Below, piece after piece: positions 28,773 through 38,260 of a stretch of 42,974 nt of DNA. Location of the stretch: the NCBI GenBank assembly GCA_905235465.1, contig CAJOLP010000011.1, positions 335 through 43,308 on the forward strand, in the 5' to 3' direction. The notes below the pieces were generated by a model. The model was not told the DNA's origin and ran no database searches. It saw only the letters and a list, made by a program, of their open reading frames with translations. This stretch comes from an uncultured Lachnospiraceae bacterium (GTDB lineage: Bacteria; Bacillota; Clostridia; Lachnospirales; Lachnospiraceae). Numbering within the stretch: the first letter of the stretch is position 1; the number at the start of each line of letters is the position of its first letter. The translations under genes were made by a program, and so were the position numbers.

Positions 28773-28849
28773 ATTATTCCTTCTTTCTCAGATTACAAAG
28801 AACGGGCGAACAAAAGAAATGTCCGCCCTCAAAGATTCCTTCCGTCCGG

Positions 28850-29761
28850 TTACACTGCTGTCCCCAGCAGCAGGACGCCCGTAAAATAGATCAGAGGCGC
28901 CGCGAATATAGTGCTGTCAAGGCGGTCCATGATCCCGCCGTGACCGGGGATCAGGTTTCCGTAATCCTTGATGTTGTGGTCTCTCTTAATGGCGGATGCC
29001 GCCAGATCGCCCAGCATGCTCACCAGAGCGCCGACGAATCCCAGGATCATAAAGGGGACCACGAGCTTAGCGCCCTTGTCAAAATGTTGCACGATGAGCG
29101 CCACGACCGCGCAGCTCACCATCGACCCGATCACGCCGCCGACCGCCCCTTCGATCGTCTTCTTGGGACTGAGGATCGGCGCCATCTTGTGCCTGCCGAA
29201 AGCCATGCCCGCCGCCAGCGCGCAGACGTCGCAGACGGAGCTGCAAAGAAAGATCAGGATATATACAAAGATCCCGTACGGCAGGAGCCTGGCCCTGTAG
29301 ACAAAGGACAGCATGACCGGCGCGTAGATAAATGAAAAATACGCGGCCATCACGCGGTCCGAATTATACTTCGGAAATGTCAGGACATACACGGCCATAA
29401 AGGCGATCAGTCCCATGGACATCATGACGAGCATCAGCAGGTCCGCGTGGTGAAACATCGTCTTCTGATCCTGCGCGTTCAAATACTGGATGAGAAGAAG
29501 CCCCGCGTAGTACACGGCTGTCAGAAGTATGCCGAGCACCACGAGCGAATTGCTCTTTTGCGTCTTCGTGTCAGCGCTTCCCTCCGGCGGTATGGTGCCG
29601 TCCGCCTTCGGGGTCAGTACACCGCAGGTCTTACAAAGCTCCCAGAATCCGATACTCCCGCACACCGCCATGGCGGCGCCGAGAAGATATCCCTTCCCCA
29701 CAAGTCCGCACAAAACGACAATCAGGGCGATAACAACACCGCTGATCACTCTTTCTCTCAT
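28850..29761 (-). CDS. cdsA: Phosphatidate cytidylyltransferase
   Basis: LSPKKTIEG; GDLAASAIKRDHNIKDYGNLIPGHGGIMDRLDS. Confidence 0.96.
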   Translation of the reverse strand: MRERVISGVVIALIVVLCGLVGKGYLLGAAMAVCGSIGFWELCKTCGVLTPKADGTIPPEGSADTKTQKSNSLVVLGILLTAVYYAGLLLIQYLNAQDQKTMFHHADLLMLVMMSMGLIAFMAVYVLTFPKYNSDRVMAAYFSFIYAPVMLSFVYRARLLPYGIFVYILIFLCSSVCDVCALAAGMAFGRHKMAPILSPKKTIEGAVGGVIGSMVSCAVVALIVQHFDKGAKLVVPFMILGFVGALVSMLGDLAASAIKRDHNIKDYGNLIPGHGGIMDRLDSTIFAAPLIYFTGVLLLGTAV

Positions 29762-29775
29762 TATATCAAACTCCC

Positions 29776-30492
29776 TTATTCGATGACGCCGCCGTATCTC
29801 CGCTCTCTGCGGTTAAAGGCGTCGATCGCTTTTTCCAGATCCTCTTTGTCAAAATCCGGCCATGCCGTGTCACAGTAATACAGCTCCGCGTACGCAAGCT
29901 GCCACAGCAGGAAATTGGAGATCCTCTGCTCCCCTCCCGTTCGGATGAGGAGATCGGGATCCGGCAGTCCCGCCGTATCCAGATGATCGCTGATCCATTC
30001 CTCCGTCAGATCCGAGGGGTCCAGCTCACCTGCCCGCACGGCCTCAGCGCCCTTTCGCACAGCGCGCGCGATCTCATCCCGCGCGCCGTAGTTGATGGCG
30101 ATCTGGAAAGAAATGCCGGTATTGCCGGCCGTCTCCCGCTCCAGATTATCGATGGACCTGATCAGATCGTCATCCAGCCGCGACTTGTCGCCGATCACGC
30201 GGATCCTGACATTGTTTTTGGCGCATTTGGCAAGACTCGTCTTCATGTATGTGCGAAGAAGATTCATCAGGGACTTCACTTCCGAATCCGGACGCGACCA
30301 GTTCTCCGTGGAAAAGGCATAGACCGTCAGATACCGGATCCCCATGTGATCCGCGTCCTCCAGGATCTTCTCCACCGTCCTGGCTCCCTGCGCGTGTCCG
30401 GCGGTTCTGGGAAGGCCCCGCTTTTTGGCCCAGCGGCCGTTTCCGTCCATGATGATAGCGACATGCGCCGGTATTTTGCGTTCGTCAGCCAA
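29776..30492 (-). CDS. uppS: Undecaprenyl diphosphate synthase
   Basis: HVAIIMDGNGRWA; YAFSTENWSRP; DPDLLIRTGGEQRISNFLLWQ. TTG start at 30492 (GGAGG SD). Confidence 0.97.
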   Translation of the reverse strand: MADERKIPAHVAIIMDGNGRWAKKRGLPRTAGHAQGARTVEKILEDADHMGIRYLTVYAFSTENWSRPDSEVKSLMNLLRTYMKTSLAKCAKNNVRIRVIGDKSRLDDDLIRSIDNLERETAGNTGISFQIAINYGARDEIARAVRKGAEAVRAGELDPSDLTEEWISDHLDTAGLPDPDLLIRTGGEQRISNFLLWQLAYAELYYCDTAWPDFDKEDLEKAIDAFNRRERRYGGVIE

Positions 30493-30551
30493 TCGGCACC
30501 TCCGTTTCAAAAGCACATCTCATCGCAGCGTGTCCGTCGGCCGGCGCCGCG

Positions 30552-31109
30552 TCACAGAGTTGTGATCTCCTTCGTCTTCTCTTCGATCATCTTGTCGATC
30601 TGCTTGATGTACTTGTCCGTCACCTTCTGCAGATCGTCCTGAAGCTCCTCCACCACGTCTTCCGATACGTCCTCGGCCTTTTTGAGCTTCTTGAAGACCT
30701 CATTGCCGTCGCGGCGGATATTGCGCAGGGCCACCTTCGCTTCCTCGCCCATCTTCTTGACGTCCTTGGAAAGCTGTTTCCTTCGCTCGCCGGTCAGTTC
30801 CGGGAACACCAGACGGATCGACTGTCCGTCGTTGGTGGGATTGATGCCGATATCGGAGGCGCTGATCGCGCGGCTGATCTCCTTGATCATGCGCTTCTCC
30901 CAGGGCACGATCTGAATGATCCTTGCCTCGGGGACAGATACGTTGGCGACCTGCTGGATCGGTGTGGGCGATCCGTAATAATCGACGCGGATCTTATCGA
31001 GTACGTGAGGGTTGGCGCGGCCGGCCCGCACGCCCTGCAGATCAGACTGCAGATGCACGATGGTCTTGTCCATTCTCTCTTCGTAGGGCTGCATTCTTTC
31101 CTTATCCAT
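30552..31109 (-). CDS. frr: Ribosome recycling factor
   Basis: RAGRANPHVLDKIRVDYYG; PELTGERRK; VALRNIRRD. Confidence 0.98.
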   Translation of the reverse strand: MDKERMQPYEERMDKTIVHLQSDLQGVRAGRANPHVLDKIRVDYYGSPTPIQQVANVSVPEARIIQIVPWEKRMIKEISRAISASDIGINPTNDGQSIRLVFPELTGERRKQLSKDVKKMGEEAKVALRNIRRDGNEVFKKLKKAEDVSEDVVEELQDDLQKVTDKYIKQIDKMIEEKTKEITTL

Positions 31110-31190
31110 AGTAACCTCCCAATTTATAAGGCTATACCGTTGTTTACTGACTGTTATAAGCGCTCCCGGCCCTCTTATCTTACGCCGGTC

Positions 31191-31886
31191 TTACGCTGTG
31201 ACGGTCGTCCCGTTAAAGTCGCCTGACGCCGCCTTTACGATGCTGTCCTCTTCCTGCAGGGCAAATACACGCAGCGTCATGTGATTTTCCATCGCCAGGA
31301 TCGAGGCCGTCATATCCACCGCCTGCAGGCCCCTCTCCACGACTTCATGGATCGAGATCCTGTCAAAGCGCCTGGCGTCCGGGTTCCTGGCCGGATCGCT
31401 GTCGTAGATGCCGTCCACGTTCTTGGCCAAAAGGATCATGTCCGCCTCGGACTCGATGGCGCGCAAAAGGACGCCCGTGTCTGTGGAAAAATACGGATGC
31501 CCGGTGCCGCCTGCGTAAAAGACGACCTTTCCCTCGCCAAAATACTGATTCGCCTTGTCCTTGGAAAAGAGCTCGGTGAAAGCGCCCACCGCGAACGGTG
31601 TCATCACGACCGTATCCATCCCCTCTGTCCTGAAGATCTCCGACACATAGATGCAGTTCATGACCGTCGCCAGCATGCCGATCTGGTCCGCCTTGACCCG
31701 GTCGATCTCATTGCCGGTGCGCCCTCTCCAGAAATTGCCGCCGCCCGTGACCACCGCGATCTCATCGCCGCGGTCCCTGAGCTTTCTCACCTGTTTGGCC
31801 ACCCGCCTTACCGTTTCCTCGTCAAATCCCGTCGACTTGGGGCCGGCCAGCGCCTCTCCGCTGAGTTTCAAAACGATCCTGCTCAT
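31191..31886 (-). CDS. pyrH: UMP kinase
   Basis: RIVLKLSGEAL; GGGNFWRG; GTGHPYFSTD; VDGIYDSDP. Confidence 0.98.
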   Translation of the reverse strand: MSRIVLKLSGEALAGPKSTGFDEETVRRVAKQVRKLRDRGDEIAVVTGGGNFWRGRTGNEIDRVKADQIGMLATVMNCIYVSEIFRTEGMDTVVMTPFAVGAFTELFSKDKANQYFGEGKVVFYAGGTGHPYFSTDTGVLLRAIESEADMILLAKNVDGIYDSDPARNPDARRFDRISIHEVVERGLQAVDMTASILAMENHMTLRVFALQEEDSIVKAASGDFNGTTVTA

Positions 31887-31927
31887 GTTGTCTGATCCTC
31901 CCTGGCAAAGATTATATTCATCAATAC

Positions 31928-31979
31928 ATTTTACATTAGATATCCGTCATTTACAAGAACGGCGTCAAAATGCTATACT
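31928..31979. promoter_or_regulatory. Divergent sigma-A promoters of pyrH (-) and typA (+) with overlapping -35 boxes
   Basis: Minus strand: TTGTAA (31956-31951)-17-TAAAAT (31933-31928). Plus strand: TTTACA (31950-31955)-18-TATACT (31974-31979) with TG extension. Confidence 0.6.
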
Positions 31980-32019
31980 GATTGAGTTTTTAGGATAAAT
32001 GTGTATGGAGAAGGAAAAA

Positions 32020-33878
<1,859 letters not shown>

Positions 33879-33897
33879 TCCTTCAGATAATCCAATT

Positions 33898-33952
33898 AAA
33901 AAAAGCGCCATGCCTCATGCAGTCTGTCCTGCGCGGGCATGGCGCTTCTCTC
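33898..33952. terminator. Bidirectional terminator between convergent typA and the membrane-protein gene
   Basis: A-run, then AAGCGCCATGCC...GGCATGGCGCTT, then CTCTCTTC. Confidence 0.8.
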
Positions 33953-33967
33953 TTCTGATTTTCTAAT

Positions 33968-35872
33968 TTACTTCGCTATCTCCCTCAGGACAAGCTGTCC
34001 GTCCTTCTTTTCCACGGCATACAGCGTGCGGCTCTTCAGCTTTTCTCCCCCGTTATAGGGCGAGAGCGCGCTGTTGATTCCTTTGGTGACCTTCACCGTG
34101 AACAGATAGCCGTCCTCCTCCAGCGTCTTCTCCAGGGCCGCGCGGTCAAGCTGATCCGCCTTCGCCGCGGAGAGGTCATAATATGCGTGGTCGATCCGGG
34201 ACCGCTCCACAAAATAGCTGTAGTTGACCTGCTCCCGGTCCCCGTCGCTTCTCTCGTAGGCCAGATAGACCGTGGACTGATCCGGCACATGGTCGGAAAT
34301 AAAGGCGCCGTCCTCTCTCATATCGATCCACCTGTCGCCGTATATGCCCTGGGGCACCAGAAAATCCATCTTCCCCGGCACCAGAAGGACACATGCCAGC
34401 ATCATCGCGACGCAGAGCTTCCCGGTATTTTGGCGAATAAGACTATCGCGCCCCCTCAGCCACACCGCAATGAGCAGGATCAACAGGAGTTCGGCCAGAA
34501 AATAGGAGCCCATGTATCTGGGAAAACTCCTCATGCTCTTCATCTCCGCCGCTTCAAAACACAGCTCGTAAAGGATCAGCATCATCAGCGCGTAGCCGGC
34601 CTCGCCCACCGCGAAGACGGCGCCCAGGACGATGGCCTCTCTCTTGGGAAATCTGTCCTTTAACAGATACCACAGCCCGATCAGCAAAAGGACCGCGATC
34701 ATGAACGATGTCACGTAAGTGATCGGCTTTATGCCGCTGGCGATATTCGTGCTGAAAAGCGCGGGTATGAATCTCTTTATCATATCCCGGTGCTCTCTGT
34801 CCGACGAGTCCGTGACGCACTGCACGAACCGCCCAAGACTAATGGAGCTGCCCAGCTCGAACTGGCGCTGATCCGGATAGCGGGAAACGATCAGATCCCA
34901 GGATTTATAATACAGCAAAGCGGCCGCTGCCGACAGGATCCCGGCGATCGCCCCGTCCTTCAGGGCGGCCTTGTCCCTGTCGATCAAAGTACAGGACAGC
35001 AGCAGGTACAATAAGGACAGACCGACAAACGCGATCCCCACCTGCTTTGTCCCTATGAGCGCAACGAGCGAAAGGACATACGCGAACCTTCCGAAGTGGC
35101 TGCGGTACTCCTTTCTGTAGACCAGAAAAGCGCTGTAAGAAAACATGACCGCGATGATGATGTCTTCATAGATCGAGTTGATCGTGTTGTTGGGATCGCA
35201 GAAAGAGATGACCAGCAAAATGATGACCGCGAACATCATCCCCTTTAGCAGATTTAAGGCCCCACTCTTTAATCCGCTCTTCTCTTTCTTTTCCCCCAAA
35301 AGCCCGTCCCGGGCCGCAAACCGGTCAAACAGGATGGGAACGATCAGGGAGAGCTCCATCAGATGGAGCGACTGCGCAAGGCCCGGCTCCGAATAGCCAA
35401 GCCCCAGTCTTGACCACCCGTACTCATACAGCGCGATGAAGGGCGGATAGTCCTTGTGTCTGTACAGGGTGGATTCGGTCACGCAGTAAAACTGATCCAG
35501 GCGAAGCATCTCCTTGACCATCTTCCCCCAGTGCATGAGCTCGTCCCAGTTGTAGAGATTGCGCCCCAGATCCATGACCGTCACGACGATGAAACACCCC
35601 AAAAAGGCGTAAAATCCCGGGGACAGGATCAGTTTCCCGTTCCCGCTTCTGCCGCCGTTTTTGACAAAAAAGAGCGGGATCGAGAGGACCGCGAACGCGC
35701 ACAGGCCTATCATGCCCGGCGTAAACGAATGCAGAAGGCACTGGCTCACATACAGCACAAGCGACATGGAGAACATGGCGGGCGCTACGCACTCTCCGAA
35801 AGGCCTTGCCGCGATAAAGCACAGAGATGCCGAGATCATTATTAAAACAGTACAGGGCAAAAAGATCTGCAT
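33968..35872 (-). CDS. Polytopic membrane protein, probable GT-C fold glycosyltransferase
   Basis: 634 aa with roughly 12-14 hydrophobic segments; early loop WDELMHWG...HKDYPP resembles GT-C acidic and YPP motifs; soluble C-terminal domain. Confidence 0.55.
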   Translation of the reverse strand: MQIFLPCTVLIMISASLCFIAARPFGECVAPAMFSMSLVLYVSQCLLHSFTPGMIGLCAFAVLSIPLFFVKNGGRSGNGKLILSPGFYAFLGCFIVVTVMDLGRNLYNWDELMHWGKMVKEMLRLDQFYCVTESTLYRHKDYPPFIALYEYGWSRLGLGYSEPGLAQSLHLMELSLIVPILFDRFAARDGLLGEKKEKSGLKSGALNLLKGMMFAVIILLVISFCDPNNTINSIYEDIIIAVMFSYSAFLVYRKEYRSHFGRFAYVLSLVALIGTKQVGIAFVGLSLLYLLLSCTLIDRDKAALKDGAIAGILSAAAALLYYKSWDLIVSRYPDQRQFELGSSISLGRFVQCVTDSSDREHRDMIKRFIPALFSTNIASGIKPITYVTSFMIAVLLLIGLWYLLKDRFPKREAIVLGAVFAVGEAGYALMMLILYELCFEAAEMKSMRSFPRYMGSYFLAELLLILLIAVWLRGRDSLIRQNTGKLCVAMMLACVLLVPGKMDFLVPQGIYGDRWIDMREDGAFISDHVPDQSTVYLAYERSDGDREQVNYSYFVERSRIDHAYYDLSAAKADQLDRAALEKTLEEDGYLFTVKVTKGINSALSPYNGGEKLKSRTLYAVEKKDGQLVLREIAK

Positions 35873-35884
35873 TCTTCCTCTCTT

Positions 35885-35941
35885 TCGTCAAATGGCCGGT
35901 TGCTCGTCAAATGGCCGGTTGCTCGTCAAATGGCCAGATGC
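35885..35941. repeat. 19-bp tandem repeat x3 overlapping the mgtE stop codon
   Basis: TCGTCAAATGGCCGGTTGC twice (35885-35922), then TCGTCAAATGGCCAGATGC (35923-35941). Confidence 0.92.
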
Positions 35942-37287
35942 AATACCCTAGTGGCGATGGCAAAATAGACTGACAGCGACACGGCATCCACGATCGTCGT
36001 GATCAGAGGACTTGCCATGACAGCCGGGTCAAATCCGAGTCTGTTCGCCAGAAGCGGCAAAAAGCATCCGATCATCTTGGCGAAGAGGACGACGAGAACG
36101 AGCGTTGCGCAGACGATCAGGGCGATCTCAACGCCGACCCGGTCAAAGAGCATCAGCTTGACGAAGTTGCAGACCGCAAGTGTCAGTCCGCACAGCCCGG
36201 CGACGCGCACCTCCTTGAACAGCGCCTTAAAGGCATCCGTAAATTCGATCTCCCCCAGAGAGATCGCGCGGATGACCGAAACGCTCGCCTGGGATCCCGC
36301 GTTGCCGCCGGTGTCCATGAGCATCGGTATATAGGCCGTCAGCACGACATAGGATGCCAGCGCGTTCTCATAATTGGTGATGATCGCGCCGGTAAAGGTC
36401 GCGGATACCATCAGGAGCAGAAGCCAGGGCATTCTGTTCCTGTATGTCTCCAGGATCGATGTGCGGAAATAGCTCTTGTCCGAAGGGATGATAGCCGCCA
36501 TCTTTTCGATATCCTCCGTTGCCTCTTCCTGGATGATATCGACGACGTCATCGATGGTGATAATGCCGACCATGCGGTTCTCATTGTCCACCACCGGCAT
36601 GGCCGTAAAGTCGTATTTCTGGAACAGGCGGGCCGCTTCCTCCTGGTCCGTCATGGTTCCGATGCTGATCACGTTCTCATTCATGATCTCGCCGATCAGG
36701 GCGTCCTGATTGAGAATGACGAGGTACCTAAGCGCCACCGTTCCCAGAAGGACTCTCTGCTGATCCAGCACATAACAGATATTGCACGTCTCGGAATCCA
36801 GCGCGATGTTCCGGATGCGCTCGATCGCGTCGTGCACGGTCATGTTGACCTTGAGGTCAACATACTCGACGGTCATGATGCTGCCGGCCGAATCCTCGGG
36901 ATAACGCAGAAGGTGATTGATATCTTTGCGCGTGTCGGGCCTTGCGTTGGCAAGGAGCCTTTTGACGACGTTGGCGGGCATCTCCTCCAGAAGGTCCGTG
37001 GCATCATCGGCCATCAGGTTGTCGATGATGTTGGACGCTTCCTTTTCGGAAAGGGACTGGATGATGTACTGCTGTCCCTCCAGCTCCAGATTGGCAAAGA
37101 CATCCGCCGCCATATTCTTGGGGAGGATCCGGAATATTCTCAGAGACTCCTCATCTTCCATGTCGTCCATGACTGCCGCGATATCGGCCGCGTTCATGTC
37201 TTCCGCTTCCTGTCGGAGCTTCGTGTACTGCTTTTGTTCCAGCAGCTCCCTAAGCGTCTTCTCATAGCCTTTCATGTCGTTCTCCAT
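35926..37287 (-). CDS. mgtE: Magnesium transporter MgtE
   Basis: MgtE_N domain, CBS pair (SAGSIMT; GIITIDD), TM motifs PMLMDTGGNAGSQ and DPAVMASPLITTIVD. Confidence 0.97.
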   Translation of the reverse strand: MENDMKGYEKTLRELLEQKQYTKLRQEAEDMNAADIAAVMDDMEDEESLRIFRILPKNMAADVFANLELEGQQYIIQSLSEKEASNIIDNLMADDATDLLEEMPANVVKRLLANARPDTRKDINHLLRYPEDSAGSIMTVEYVDLKVNMTVHDAIERIRNIALDSETCNICYVLDQQRVLLGTVALRYLVILNQDALIGEIMNENVISIGTMTDQEEAARLFQKYDFTAMPVVDNENRMVGIITIDDVVDIIQEEATEDIEKMAAIIPSDKSYFRTSILETYRNRMPWLLLLMVSATFTGAIITNYENALASYVVLTAYIPMLMDTGGNAGSQASVSVIRAISLGEIEFTDAFKALFKEVRVAGLCGLTLAVCNFVKLMLFDRVGVEIALIVCATLVLVVLFAKMIGCFLPLLANRLGFDPAVMASPLITTIVDAVSLSVYFAIATRVLHLAI

Positions 37288-37338
37288 GACCCTCCTCCTT
37301 TCTGCTCGTGCCGGTTTACGGTTATAAAACGGATATGA

Positions 37339-37992
37339 TCATCCCTCCTTAAGGGGGTAAAAACCTTCCTCGACGGTCTCCATCCGCGCGGCGCCGCCGG
37401 TCAAAGAAGTGATGCCGGCGCAGATCTCCTCAGCCCGCTCAGCTTCCACCGTGATCTTCATCGCCACATTCTCGGTGTATTCCTGCTCATAGGGCTCTAT
37501 GGAAGCCTCGCGCAGATAATACAGGAGCTTGTCCAGCATCCCATACGGGATCTGAAGCCGAATGACTTTGCACATGCACATGCGCGCGATTTGCGCATTC
37601 GCCGCGGCCGCCTGCGCCGCCTGCGTGTAGCTGCGCACCAGACCGCCCGTGCCCAGAAGCGTCCCGCCAAAATATCTGGTCACGACGACCACAACATTTT
37701 TAAGTCCGGCGCCGTCGATCACCTTCAGGATCGGAATGCCCGCCGTGCCGGAGGGCTCCCCGTCATCCGAAGCCTTTTTCTGCGCTCCGTCCGGCCCAAG
37801 GATCCACGCGTAGCAGTGGTGCCTCGCGTCGTAGTACTTTTTGCGGGCGGCAGCCACTACAGCGGCCGCCTCCTCCTCGGACTCCACATGTCGGATCTCC
37901 CCGAGAAACCGCGATTTCTTCTCTGTATATTCTCCGAAGCCCGCCTGACTGACCGTGCGGTACTCTGCGTTTTTTCCGGCCATCCCACTCAT
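37339..37992 (-). CDS. YigZ/IMPACT family protein
   Basis: EKKSRFLG; ARHHCYAW; SDDGEPSGTAG; VVTRYFGGTLLGTGGLVRSY. Start trimmed to ATG 37992 because the upstream ORF extension runs into the tRNA. Confidence 0.93.
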   Translation of the reverse strand: MSGMAGKNAEYRTVSQAGFGEYTEKKSRFLGEIRHVESEEEAAAVVAAARKKYYDARHHCYAWILGPDGAQKKASDDGEPSGTAGIPILKVIDGAGLKNVVVVVTRYFGGTLLGTGGLVRSYTQAAQAAAANAQIARMCMCKVIRLQIPYGMLDKLLYYLREASIEPYEQEYTENVAMKITVEAERAEEICAGITSLTGGAARMETVEEGFYPLKEG

Positions 37993-38032
37993 TATATACC
38001 TTCTGTGAAAATATAGACATACGACCGATTGC

Positions 38033-38088
38033 AAAAAAAGAAGAACCCATCTGCCATAATGTACAATTACTAGCAAATCGGTTCTTCT
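38033..38088 (-). terminator. Long-stem intrinsic terminator of tRNA-Thr
   Basis: AGAAGAACC.ATTTGC...GCAGAT.GGTTCTTCT followed by a T-run. Confidence 0.75.
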
Positions 38089-38091
38089 CAG

Positions 38092-38164
38092 AGCTGGCAA
38101 CGAGAATCGAACTCGTGACCTCCGCACTACCAATGCGACGCACTACCGACTGTGCTATGCCAGC
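38092..38164 (-). tRNA. tRNA-Thr (anticodon GGU), CCA not encoded
   Basis: GCTGGCA TA GCAC AGTCGGTA GTGC G TCGCA TT GGT AG TGCGG AGGTC ACGAG TTCGATT CTCGT TGCCAGC T folds as a cloverleaf. Confidence 0.96.
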
Positions 38165-38192
38165 AATTCATTGCCTTTCACGCAACGAAGTT

Positions 38193-38221
38193 ATGGTAGC
38201 ACAGGGATTTTGGCTTGTCAA
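38193..38221 (-). promoter_or_regulatory. Sigma-A promoter of tRNA-Thr
   Basis: TTGACA-17 nt-TACCAT with TG extension. Confidence 0.8.
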
Positions 38222-38260
38222 CCTGCAATATTTAATGCGCGGTCACCGGTTCGTCAGTCC

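Noticed and set aside
35885-35941. Short repeats as a mini-CRISPR (also 40998-41086 and 42107-42211)
   Set aside because: Units are contiguous or only two copies, with no series of unique spacers and no cas genes.
37288-37338. M-box (ykoK) riboswitch upstream of mgtE
   Set aside because: The gap to yigZ is only about 50 nt, too short for this riboswitch.
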